From: Eledone cirrhosa
Lineage: Eukaryota
DNA: 64,000 nucleotides
Direction of reading: 5' to 3'
Assembly: GCA_964016885.1 (NCBI GenBank)
Contig: OZ024762.1
Coordinates: forward strand, 9,982,001-10,046,000
Each line of letters opens with the position of its first letter. The first letter of the stretch is position 1. The notes below the pieces were generated by a model. The model was not told the DNA's origin, did not search any database, and was given only the letters and a program-made list of their open reading frames with translations. Shown in pieces: positions 24,441 through 37,116 of this stretch. The position numbers and the translations under genes are program-made.

Positions 24441-26410
24441 AGCATCACGCCTTCATAGGCTGACAAAATACTCTCATGGAATGACCAAATGAGGTTTATT
24501 TTTCAACATGCAAGATTGCACAGCCCTAGCATCACTTCTTCATAGGCTGACCAAGATACTCTCATATAATGACCAAATGAGGTTTATTTTTCAACATGCA
24601 AGATTGCACAGCTCTAGCATCACTCCTTCATAGGCTAACAAAGATACTCTCATGGAATGATCAAATGAGGTTTATTTTTCAACATGCAAGATTACACAGT
24701 TCTAGCATCACTCCTTCATAGGCTGACAAAGATACTCTCATGGAATGACCAAATGAGGTTTATTTTTCAACATGCAAGATTTCACAGCTCTAGCATCACT
24801 CCTTCATAGGCTGACCAAGATACTTTCATGGAATGACCAAATGAGGTTTATTTTTCAACATGCAAGATTTCACAGCTCTAGCATCCCTCCTTCATAGGCT
24901 GACCAAGATACTCTCATGGTATGACCAAATGAGGTTTATTTTTCAACATGCAAGATTGCACAGCTCTAGCATCACTCCTTCATAGGCTGACCAAGGTACT
25001 CTCATGGAATGACCAAATGAGGTTTATTTTTTAAGATGCAAGATTTCACAGCTCTAGCATCACTCCTTCATAAGCTGACCAAGATGCTCTCATGGAATGA
25101 TCAAATGAGGTTTATTTTTCAACATGCAAGATTGCACAGCTCTAGCATCACTCCTTCATAGGCTGACCAAGATACTCTCATGGAATGACCAAATGAGGTT
25201 TATTTTTCAAGATGCAAGATTTCACAGCTCTAGCATCACTCCTTCATAAGCTGACCAAGATGCTCTCATGGAATGATCAAATGAGGTTTATTTTTCAACA
25301 TGCAAGATTTCACAGCTCTAGCATCACTCCTTCATAGGCTGACCAAGATACTCTCATGGAATGACCAAATGAGGTTTATTTTTCAAGATGCAAGATTTCA
25401 CAGCTCTAGCATCACTCCTTCATAAGCTGACCAAGATGCTCTCATGGAATGATCAAATGAGGTTTATTTTTCAACATGCAAGATTTCACAGCTCTAGCAT
25501 CACTCCTTCATAGGCTGACCAAGATACTCTCATGGAATGACCAAATGAGGTTTATTTTTCAACATGCAAGATTTTACAGCTCTAGCATCACTCCTTCATA
25601 GGCTGACCAAGATACTCTCATGGAATGACCAAATGAGGTTTATTTTTCAACATGCAACATTTCACAGCTCTAGCATCACTCCTTCATAGGCTGACCAAGA
25701 TACTCTCATGGAATGACCAAATGAGGTTTATTTTTCAAGATGCAAGATTTCACAGCTCTAGCATCACTCCTTCATAAGCTGACCAAGATGCTCTCATGGA
25801 ATGATCAAATGAGGTTTATTTTTCAACATGCAAGATTTCACAGCTCTAGCATCACTCCTTCATAGGCTGACCAAGATACTCTCATGGAATGACCAAATGA
25901 GGTTTATTTTTCAACATGCAAGATTTCACAGCTCTAGCATCACTCCTTCATAGGCTGACCAAGATACTCTCATGGAATGACCAAATGAGGTTTATTTTTC
26001 AAGATGCAAGATTTCACAGCTCTAGCATCACTCCTTCATAAGCTGACCAAGATGCTCTCATGGAATGATCAAATGAGGTTTATTTTTCAACATGCAAGAT
26101 TGCACAGCTCTAGCATCACTCCTTCATAGGCTGACCAAGATACTCTCATGGAATGACCAAATGAGGTTTATTTTTCAAGATGCAAGATTTCACAGCTCTA
26201 GCATCACTCCTTCATAAGCTGACCAAGATGCTCTCATGGAATGATCAAATGAGGTTTATTTTTCAACATGCAAGATTTCACAGCTCTAGCATCACTCCTT
26301 CATAGGCTGACCAAGATACTCTCATGGAATGACCAAATGAGGTTTATTTTTCAACATGCAAGATTGCACAGCCCTAGCATCACTCTTTCATAGTGAGCCT
26401 ATGAACTTTT
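24441..26410 (-). repeat. 88-bp tandem satellite (~22 units), mariner-end derived; left palindrome arm
   Basis: Unit ctagcatcactccttcataggctgaccaagatactctcatggaatgaccaaatgaggtttatttttcaacatgcaagatttcacagct; period 88 (24526 to 24614). Confidence 0.95.
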
Positions 26411-26579
26411 AAGCCTACCTTATATGCAAACAATGTAAGTATATACAAATAATTACTAAGAAATTCGAAATAATTTTTGCACCCATTTTTGCGATTAAGT
26501 AAAGACGGAGTTATCGTTCTTGAGATTTCGGCTCGGAGAAATTTAAGGAACTGATGTCGCTAAATCGCCAAATCATTTA

Positions 26580-26790
26580 CCTGCCCCGTTGCCTCATGGG
26601 AGGGTAATGGCCGCCTTTAATTTTTTAAACGATGGCAGATTCTTTAGTTTCTTTCACAGCATCTTGTTCCTTGTTTCATATGAGTAAATAATTAAAACAT
26701 TTTGGCGAGAAAGATATTAAAAAGACTGCCATGGTTTTCGAAAAATAAAAGGCAGCCATTACACTCCCATGATGCAACGGGGCAGGTAAA
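26580..26790. promoter_or_regulatory. Mirrored ZNF143/Staf-like motifs at the palindrome centre
   Basis: ATTACACTCCCATGATGCA (26758-26776) and its inverse near 26590-26608 resemble the ACTACAnnTCCCAnnATGC motif; further copies at ~21623 and ~29938. Confidence 0.4.
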
Positions 26791-26955
26791 TGATTTGGCG
26801 ATTTAGCGACATCAGTTCCTTAAATTTCTCCGAGCCGAAATCTCAAGAACGATAACTCCGTCTTTACTTAATCGCAAAAATGGGTGCAAAAATTATTTCG
26901 AATTTCTTAGTAATTATTTGTATATACTTACATTGTTTGCATATAAGGTAGGCTT

Positions 26956-29452
26956 AAAAGTTCATAGGTTCACTATCAAAGAGTGATGCTAGGGCTGTGC
27001 AATCTTGCATGTTGAAAAATAAACCTCATTTGGTCATTCCATGAGAGTATCTTGGTCAGCCTATGAGGGAGTGATGCTAGAGCTGTGCAATCTTGCATGT
27101 TGAAAAATAAACCTCATTTGGTCATTCCATGAGAGTATCTTGGTCAGCCTATGAAGGAGTGATGCTAGAGCTGTGAAATCTTGCATGTTGAAAAATAAAA
27201 ATCATTTGGTCATTCCATGAGAGTATCTTGGTCAGCCTATGGAGGAGTGATACTAGAGCTGTGAAATCTTGCATGTTGAAAAATAAACCTCATTTGATCA
27301 TTCCATGAGAGCATCTTGGTCAGCTTATGAAGGAGTGATGCTAGAGCTGTGCAATCTTGCATCTTGAAAAATAAACCTCATTTGGTCATTCCATGAGAGT
27401 ATCTTGGTCAGCCTATGAAGGAGTGAAGCTAGAGCTGTGCAATCTTGCATGTTGAAAAATAAACCTCATTTGGTCATTCCATGAGAGTATCTTGGTCAGC
27501 CTATGAAGGAGTGATGCTAGAGCTGTAAAATCTTGCATGTGAAAAATAAACCTCATTTGGTCATTCCATGAGAGTATCTTGGTCAGCCTTTGAAGGAGTG
27601 ATGCTAGAGCTGTAAAATCTTGCATGTTGAAAAATAAACCTCATTTGGTCATTCCATGAAAGTATCCTGGTCAGCCTATGAAGGAGTGATGCTAGAGCTG
27701 TGAAATCTTGCATGTTGAAAAATAAACCTCATTTGGTCATTCCATAAAAGTATCTTGGTCAGCCTATGAAGGAGTGATGCTAGAGCTGTGAAATCTTGCA
27801 TGTTGAAAAATAAACCTCATTTGGTCATTCCATGAGAATATCTTTGTCAGCCTATAAAGGAGTGATGCTAGAGCTGTAAAATCTTGGATGTTGAAAAATA
27901 AACCTCATTTGGTCATTCCATGAGAGTATCTTGGTCAGCCTATGAAGGAGTGATACTAGAACTGTGAAATCTTGCATGTTGAAAAATAAACCTCATTTGA
28001 TCATTCCATGAGAGTATCTTGGTCAGCTTATGAAGGAGTGATGCTAGAGCTGTGAAATCTTGCATGTTGAAAAATAAACTTCATTTGGTCATTCCATGAG
28101 AGTATCTTTGTCAGCCTATGAAGGAGTGATGCTAGAACTGTGTAATCTTGCATGTTGAAAAATAAACCTCATTTGGTCATCCCATGAGAGTATCTTGGTC
28201 AGCCTATGAAGGAGTGATGCTAGGGCTGTGAAATCTTGCATGTTGAAAAATAAACCTCATTTGATCATTCCATGAGAGTATCTTGGTCAGCTTATGAAGG
28301 AGTGATGCTAGAGCTGTGAAATCTTGCATGTTGAAAAATAAACCTCATTTGGTCATTCCATGAGAGTATCTTTGTCAGCCTATGAAGGAGTGATGCTAGA
28401 GCTGTGCAATCTTGCATGTTGAAAAATATACCTCATTTGGTCATTCCATGAGAGTATCTTGGTCAGCTTATGAAGGAGTGATGCTAGAGCTGTGCAATCT
28501 TGCATGTTGAAAAATAAACCTCATTTGGTCATTATATGAGAGTATCTTGGTCAGCCTATGAAGGAGTGATGCTAGAGCTGTGAAATCTTGCATGTTGAAA
28601 AGTAAACCTCATTTGATCATTCCATGAGTGTATCTTGGTCAGCTTATGAAGGAGTGATGCTAGAGCTGTGAAATCTTGCATGTTGAAAAATAAACCTCAT
28701 TTGATCATTCCATGAGTGTATCTTGGTCAGCTTATGAATGAGTGATGCTAGAGCTGTGCAATCTTGCATGTTGAAAAATAAACCTCATTTGGTCATTATA
28801 TGAGAGTATCTTGGTCAGCCTATGAAGGAGTGATGCTAGAGCTGTGAAATCTTGCATGTTGAAAAATAAACCTCATTTGATCATTCCATGAGTGTATCTT
28901 GGTCAGCTTATGAAGGAGTGATGCTAGAGCTGTGAAATGTTGCATGTTGAAAAATAAACCTCATTTGATCATTCCATGAGTGTATCTTGGTCAGCTTATG
29001 AAGGAGTGATGCTAGAGCTGTGAAATCTTGCATGTTGAAAAATAAACCTCATTTGATCATTCCATGAGTGTATCTTGGTCAGCTTATGAAGGAGTCATGC
29101 TAGAGCTGTGAAATGTTGCATGTTGAAAAATAAACCTCATTTGATCATTCCATGAGTGTATCTTGGTCAGCTTATGAAGGAGTCATGCTAGAGCTGTGAA
29201 ATCTTGCATGTTGAAAAATAAACCTCATTTGATCATTCCATGAGAGTATCTTGGTCAGCCTATGAAGGAGTGATGCTAGAGCTGTGAAATGTTGCATGTT
29301 GAAAAATAAACCTCATTTGGTCATTCCATGAGAGTATCTTGGTCAGCCTATGAAGGAGTGATGCTAGAGCTGTAAAATCTTGCATGTTGAAAAATAAACC
29401 TCATTTGGTCATTCCATGAGAGTATTTTGTCAGCCTCTGAAGGCGTGATGCT
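26956..29452 (+). repeat. 88-bp tandem satellite (~28 units); right palindrome arm
   Basis: Reverse complement of the left array; starts with TIR-like aaaagttcatagg. Confidence 0.95.
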
Positions 29453-29545
29453 ATATTTATATATATAGTTATATATACATGTATATATATATATATACAT
29501 GTATATATATATGCATGTATATATATACATGTATATATATATACA

Positions 29546-29776
29546 TGAGAGATTTGCATGACGTGGAGGTGGATGTGTTCAAGAAACATCTCGACACCTT
29601 GTTATCCAGGATCCCGGATGAGCCCACAGCAAGACACGAGGGAAACCTAAGGGCAGCAGCAACAAACTCCCTCTTACACCAGTGGCCAACCTATACAGGC
29701 TGGAGATAAAATGTGTAGCAACAAGGGCGGTGCCCCAGCATGGCCTCAGCCGGATGGCTGAAACAGGTAAAAGAGT
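29546..29776 (+). mobile_element. CR1/L2-type LINE 3' end (copy B)
   Basis: Direct repeat of 23708-23940. Confidence 0.7.
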
Positions 29777-29875
29777 ATATGTGTATATATATATACATTT
29801 ATATATATGAATATATACATATATATATATAAAAATGTATATATATATATCTATATCTATATATATATATAAATG

Positions 29876-29910
<35 letters not shown>

Positions 29911-30725
29911 TAACAGTCAACTTATTTACCCGCACTGTTGCATCATGGGAGAGGTTAGGGTTGATTTTTTTTTTTAAATAAAAAGGCGAGTTTTTTAATT
30001 TACTCCTTGACACCGTGTTTGTTGTTTGATATAAGTAAATAAATAAAAGAATTAATTCCATCCCACACTTCCCTGTAATCTGAATATCCAATTACCATGG
30101 TGTCGGGAGTGGTTAATGTAAACAAAGGGTAATACGTAATCGCTACACCGGCCTCATAATAATTACTATTGTTCTCCTATTTTTCTTCAAAGTGATTTCG
30201 CTTCTTTATTTCATAGAATCATGGCTAATTAATTTAAAGCCACTCACTGACGATCTCCGGCCTCTCACCCTCAGATGTTCTGTCTTCTACAACCCCTTTT
30301 AAAACAATGAAAGGTGCATTCAACGATGTAGATGTGAGTACCTTGATAATCACATAAACACAGGATGGTCACGGCAGGTATACCATCGATTACACACATG
30401 TCGGGTCAGCTTGTCTTGCTCGTTCAAGACCTGTGAATAAAAGTAAACAACAGCAACACGTCTCTACGTCTACGCTCCACTTGCTAGAAATAGAAGCCAG
30501 GTTTCCTAAGAATTACGGAGGTGAATTAGCTGTGACACATGTAAATACAATATTTTATATTTTATCTCTGTAGGAAGATATTAACAATGTTTTTTATTTT
30601 GATTATGTATTTGTAAATATATGTCTTGATCGCTCAGGTCTGACTTGTCAATGAAAGTAAACAACAGCTACCTTATGGAATTTTCACCATTCAAACCCCA
30701 ACAAAATGCATACAGACATATATAA

Positions 30726-30781
<56 letters not shown>

Positions 30782-31130
30782 TCGAAATTATATATATATA
30801 CGCCAAATTTTTACACGGGGGACAAACAGTTCCCATAACCTGAATAGGTCCTCTGAGAACCGACTTATGTATATAGAATCAATGAGATTCCAGCGTTGAC
30901 CAATATGTGTATATATGACCATCTAAAACTACATCTTCTAATGTGTCCTTCATTATTTTAAAACGTGGCGAGCGATAAATATTTGGCTGCTATTTCCAGC
31001 AATAATTCTAATGTCACTTTTGTGTGAATATCTAGTAATTAGTATATTCTCTTCTAAATCTTTCTTATTTGTTGGGGCTTGTTTAAGACGTCAGCCCCCG
31101 TCGGGCTTGACCCAGCAGAAGTACGAAGGT

Positions 31131-31411
31131 TGGCTGACTATGAAGGACTGATGCTAGAGCTGGGAAATCTTGCATGAATTAATTTCAACTCTTCTTATTA
31201 ATAACTGCATTATTTCTTTCCAAGTAAACTGACATCTGACTGTTGAAAGAGGACTTCAAATGTAATTAATAATGACCTCTTGAAAATGGACAACATTTGG
31301 CATCGTGGTATTATCAAGTACCTGTAGAAAAGTGGTTTATCCCCCAAGGACATTCATGTTGACAAGGTTGCTACATTAAGGGATGACACTCCAGCTTTAT
31401 CAACAATTCAA
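31131..31411 (+). mobile_element. Tc1/mariner 5' fragment with decayed transposase N-terminus
   Basis: From 31287: MDNIWHRGIIKYL*KSGLSPKDIHVDKVATLRDDTPALSTIQ (mariner HTH-like). The upstream sequence equals half of the 88-bp unit. Related ends at 43121-43221 (+), 33005-33062 (-) and 19738-19795 (-). Confidence 0.75.
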
Positions 31412-32089
31412 CAGGCTCTGGTCCACAATTATTGTCTCTCCTTCTGCACATTGTACTACAATGGTCTCTGCTCCTCCCCAGCCCATAAATATGATGTTCC
31501 CTCTCTACCTCTACTACAATGGTCTCTGCTCCTCCCCATCCCTAAATATGCTGTTCCCTCTCTATCTCTACTACAGTGGTCTCTGCTTCTCCCCAGCCCC
31601 TAAATATGCCGTTCCCGCTGCCTATTCTATCTCTACTACTGTAGTCCCTGCTCCTCAGAGGTTGCTGGTCTCCACTGAAACACTCATCAGTTATGTTGAA
31701 AGCCTCTGGTCTATATAGTCACTACATTGAAGACATCCAACTCTGTTTTCTTCAAACCCACCATAACTTAATTCCTCTGCTGCTGTAGCTGAAACAATGG
31801 TTAGGTTTTTCACTCACCATGGATACCTTTCCATCCTGTTCTAAGTTACCCTTACCAGTGTCTGTGGAGTCCATTGCTCTACCAATCTTCCTCCTTCACA
31901 CGACAATCACCTTCTGTTATTTTTCCCCTTTCAAAAAACCTACAACCATAAGAAACTCCTTGTCCACAGTTCCTGAAAAAGTTTCGGGATAAAAGAACTG
32001 GTGTAAACCTCCTTTGAGATGTAACCTTGTAGGAGGTCAGTGTATATATATATATGTAAGTGTAAAGATAGTTGGATGATGATCAACGA

Positions 32090-32490
32090 GATTACAGGAA
32101 GGAAGAGAAGGAGTTTGAGTTAGATCTGGGGATAAGAAGAGGCTGGACCATTTTAAGACCCTACTAGGAGAGCCACCTTCGACAGCCCAGAATACCAGGG
32201 AGATCAGACAGCTGTTTGAGGAACTGGATATTGAGACAGGACCTTCGCCAGAGAGGGGCTTCAGCGAACCAAGAAGATCAAGACCCATGGAGAGGCATCA
32301 AAAGTGATGAAGAGGTGTGATTTTGATGATATCATCCTGGAGTTCTGTAACCAGGCACTGGAGAAAGTTGCCCTTGATCACTAACATCATCTCAGTACCA
32401 AAGAAGGGAGATCTTTCTAACATGAACAACTACAGGGGAATCTCATTGATGTCACTTGTGGCAAAGACCCTCAACAGAATCCAGCCCGAG
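32090..32490 (+). mobile_element. Decayed LINE RT fragment
   Basis: IISVPKKGDLSNMNNYRGISLMSLVAK. Confidence 0.7.
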
Positions 32491-33565
32491 ATGTATATAT
32501 ATATATATATATATATATTATAAGAATTTTCTGTACTATGGCCATATATTGTTTCCTTTATTTAAGTGTTGTGTTTGCACCACGTTAATCCATAAACTTT
32601 GGTGTAAGCAGGATTAAGCACTCTATGTATCCAACAGTGGTATTGGATTGCTTATAACACATTGAAGTATCAGTGTATATATATAGTTTGTTTTTTTGTC
32701 CCTTTCATTTCATAAAACCAAATACCTAGTTAGCTACTACACTGTACTAAGCACACTATATATATATACTATGTATGATGATGTCCAAGGATGATTCAAG
32801 TTGGCATTAGTTACATTCTAGAAATATCCCATATTGCTCAATGCACACTCTGAAGGTTTCCTTTTGTCTTCCTCACATGAAACAGAACTATCAGAGTCAT
32901 TCTTTTTCACCGATGAATCAAGAACATCATAAAGTTGTACATGAGTTGGCAGTGAATTTTGATTGCTCCACCAAGTCCTATGATAATGAACCTAACCACA
33001 ATATCTCGCAGTTCTAGCATCACTTCTTCAAAGCCAGCCTATGAGCTTTTCAGCTGATCCTCTTTTGTAGAGAAGAATGTTTATATAAATGTAGCTTTGT
33101 GTGTCTGACTAGAGAAGATTTAGTTGTGTTTATTTGACAAGGTAAGTATTTATATATAACTGTATCTATGTGTAAGTCTAGAGTAGGTTTAATTTCTTAG
33201 AAGAGGTATATATAAATGTAGCTTTATATGTTATGTGTGTAGAGAGAGAAGATGTTTTGTTTATTAGACAAAGTAAGTATGTATATATGAATGTAACAGA
33301 AAATGCCTTCAGTTCTCTGAATTAAAATCCTGCTGAGGTCAACTTTGCCTTTCATCCATTTGAGGTTGATAAAACAAAGTACCAGTCTAGTATTGAGGTT
33401 GATTCTTCTGTTTCTCTGGAAGAAATCTGCTGTATTCAGACCCGGAGAGGAGATGGGTCTGCCAGGTTTTAAAAAGTGCCCTAGAAATACTGTATGTCAA
33501 TGTGTGGCCTGTATGACTCCCTTAGGAGTTGCAGGTCCATACATACATGCATGGACCTGCAACCC

Positions 33566-33606
33566 GGCTTTATGCTGGCCTGCGTCCCCGCCTCGCATTG
33601 AGTTTT
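33566..33606 (+). pseudogene. 3' fragment of the same ncRNA family
   Basis: ggctttatgctggcctgcgtccccgcctcgcattgagtttt, followed by a downstream flank homologous to that of copy 1. Confidence 0.5.
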
Positions 33607-35180
33607 ACTAAAAAATTCGCCGTTTGAATTACTTGTCCCTGATTGGAACTATTCTCGTTTGTTGTCATTCTTCTTTATTGAATTAAACTGTTAACATCGT
33701 TTGGATTTACTCGTGTAATTTGATAGAATCAGTCTGGATATTATACTAATGGTGAGACGTATGTAATGTTTTATTTGCTGTATATACACTCACAGACATA
33801 CATTATTCTATATGCCTTTCATCCTTATGGGGTCGATAAAATAAAGTACCAGTAATGCACTGGATAATTGCTGGCCTTGTGCCAAAAGTAGAAACAATTA
33901 TTCTATATACAGAAAGATTCTAGAGACGTACATATTGTTTTATTTAAACCTAAATACACACACAAAACTAGATTTATATATATATAAATGTCCTTTAGCT
34001 GAGGTAAAATACCCTCTAATTTACCTATACGAACGCTTTATTTGCCATGTATATTTTAATTCATTGCTAAACACTCGAAAATACAGTCTTAGATATATAT
34101 TAACATTCTTTAGTGTATGCATTCACCTCTATAATCCATACACTGGAAGAAACGTTTCCTATCTAGATCAATATACACATATAAAGCTACATTTATATAT
34201 ACACCTTCATTCTTCTAAAGAGGTATGTAATGTTTTAGTTGTCCCTTAAATTCATCGATAAACACGTAGTTATTCCTGAGACACAAGAATATATTTCACT
34301 ACCCTTCATATACAGGAATGTTAGAGACGGATATGTATAATATAACCGTCTTTTTACTAAGAATAATAACTAAAACCCCTTCATACTCAGGAAAACTAAA
34401 CATTCTATCTACATACACCGCCTTCTGTCTTATTCATAGTGGTACATTGTTAGAAGTAACTAACTAATCCTTCTCTCGACACTATCATTGCATATTTTAA
34501 AATCCACTTCTTTATATACTATATTTAGGTTTAATCAATACATATATTGATGATTGGAATCATGGTCTTAAGATTACCCAAATCGATACTAACTATTACA
34601 AATACAGATCTCTCTAAGGCTATGTTACCTACATATTAATTGTTCTGAAAAGATGCATCAGTCTTCTCCTCTATTGAGCAGAAACGTGGCCCCTCACAAA
34701 GACGATTGACAGCAGTGCCCTGAGGACCATCACAGCCTTAGTCTCGTTCAACGCAGTAGCACCTGGTCGGCTCTACCCATGATGATGCCGGTCTAGTCTA
34801 ACAAGAATAGATGTACAAAATACTCGAAGGTGACCCTCCTCCCTATCTTATGTCTGAGAAGTGGGCAAAAATGCGAACTTTATTTACGTAAAATTTGAAG
34901 TTGGCGAAAATGGTCAAACTATTGACTCCCTATATAAGTCAACCCCTTACTACATATTCCCTGCCTTCTATTCGTGTATATCCCGTTATATATGTACAAA
35001 ACACTAGCAGTTCCTTAATGGCTATATATCCCGTTATATTTATATAGAAAGAGAAACAGAAAGAAAACGAGATAACACTCGGAATATGTCGTGTTATCTT
35101 GCTTTCTTTCTGTTTCTTTTTTTTTAAAAAAGAAGGAAAATGTTAGCTATAAGTATGCCTATTTGACTCTGTAGAATTGC

Positions 35181-35343
35181 GGCTTGTGCGTGGCGCTGCA
35201 CGTAGCGTTTCTGGCTTCGCTGTCGTATTTCGGTATGGCATGACCACTCGATCGTGTCTGAAGTTCGAATCGTTGCGGGGGTCGGCCGGGACCACAGCAG
35301 GCTGGCTTTATGCTGGCCTGCTCTCCCGCTCGCATGAGTTTTT
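35181..35343 (+). ncRNA. Candidate Pol III structured ncRNA, copy 1 (family unassigned)
   Basis: TATAAG at 35148 (-33), internal GTTCGAATC B-box at 35263, T5 run at 35339-35343, 5'/3' complementary ends and several GC-rich hairpins; a GC island in AT-rich DNA. Confidence 0.55.
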
Positions 35344-37116
35344 GCCAAACAATTGGACGAGAGTTATCTCCCCCTAATTTGAATTATTTGCCCTTTGTTT
35401 ACATTGAACTGCTTCCGGTTTGTGGAACTCTTCTTCATTCTATTTACTCTGGGACTATTAACGATACCGGTTTGGATTTTACGTTCGTGTAAAGAGGTAT
35501 GTAAAGTTTTATTTGCCGTATATACACACACACATTGTTGAAACACAAAAGTAAGTTGCCATGTCTTTTAAAGAAACAAAACTAAATATATACACGCAGC
35601 TACCTCTTCTAACTAAACATACATGTTACCCTCTATTATGAAACAAAACTAACCATGATCTGTATATATACACACCTCTTCAACAACTAAATCTTCTCTC
35701 GATACTATATACATACTTGTAAGGAAATATAACCAGGCTTCCTCTCTATACACATTTTATCTTCTGTATATAAACCTGAATACACACACAGATATACTAT
35801 ATACAAGAAGACACTTTTTCACGTAAATACACAAACACTTCAGGCATATTTATGTATTAGCCGTAAATTTATTCTAAACCATGTAGAGGAAGAATTCTGG
35901 GGACATAAGTACACATGAAGCTATATTCATATATAAACGGTCTCCCTTCTATCATAACAGATACTTATGAGGCGCAATATACAAACTTGTTCATACTGGA
36001 ATAATAGACATGAAACTAAACCTTCTCTAGACATGAATATAGAAGCTAAACCATAGTTATATTTTATATCTAACGAAGCATGGTAGCTCCATTACTCTGC
36101 CGTAAGACTCCTTACTACTACTTCTAGCATCCTCACCTGCTTGATAGCTACATCATCCATATATAAACGTTCTTCACTACATACAAAACTAAACCTTTAT
36201 ATATACACAACTAACCTATTTTATATTCCTAAGGACCAGACCTGGAGACTACTACAGCCCTATCTCAAGAAGAAAGGTAAATAAATTGTGAAATAAAAGA
36301 ATAAACCAGTATTTTCCTTTGTTGCCTTATTATTTACTCCCTGTATATATACACACACTAGACACCTCTTACACTGTAGGAAGACAAAAACCTTCTGTCA
36401 CTGTATACTAGATTCATATTATATAAATTATTTCCTAGATACACACCTATTAGAAACAAACCATCTCTATATACAGGTAAATAACATCAATGTAGACATG
36501 TCTGTATATAAGAAACTGTATTCTATAGAATATATCTAAACCCACATTGTGTGTGTCTCTTTATATTATACACGTGTATGTAGAAACCTGGAAGTGAACA
36601 TCATACATATATAAGATAAGAGGTTTTGATCTGTACATACATTCTCGCTAGATACTACACATACGTCTCTTAGGAAACTACTACTATTGTTCTTCTAGTT
36701 GTGTATAAGCATCTCATAGCAGAACGTGTACATGCTTCCTAAGAAGCAAGAGAGCTAACTGTATAAATACAAAGAAATTTAGTGTTCTTTACATACACAC
36801 AAAGCTTACTTCATGTCTATAATATACCTTCTTCTCTATATTGGAAGAAGTACCTCCATTATATACTGAAGTTGTGTTCAATAGAGTACAGTATGTAGAA
36901 CCATATGTACGCAGTTACCCTTTTCTTTAAAGGATACATCAATACCCTGTTCTCCTCTAGACAGGCATACTCACCATATAAACACTTTTGTGTATCTAAA
37001 GCATATCTTCATTGTAAATTTAGAAGTTACACTACACAGATATAAAGACAACAACCTACATATTAATACCCTTATATCTCTAGACTGTATTATATAAATA
37101 TAGCTTAGGAATTAAA

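Noticed and set aside
24441-29452. CRISPR-like array
   Set aside because: Units are contiguous near-identical 88-mers with no unique spacers; eukaryotic context and no cas genes.
35166-35330. Scattered resemblance of the GC block to 5.8S rRNA, U4, 7SL, vault 5' end (GGCTGGCTTTA) or tRNA-Arg
   Set aside because: Only short words match. The 5.8S GATGAAGAAC motif, Sm site, SRP helix 8 and a valid cloverleaf (7-nt anticodon loop, T stem) are all absent, so no family was assigned.
35124-35377. 74-aa and 66-aa ORFs duplicated at 41769-42022
   Set aside because: Non-ATG starts; the diverged third copy has stops and indels in these frames while keeping the RNA stems, so a coding role is unlikely.
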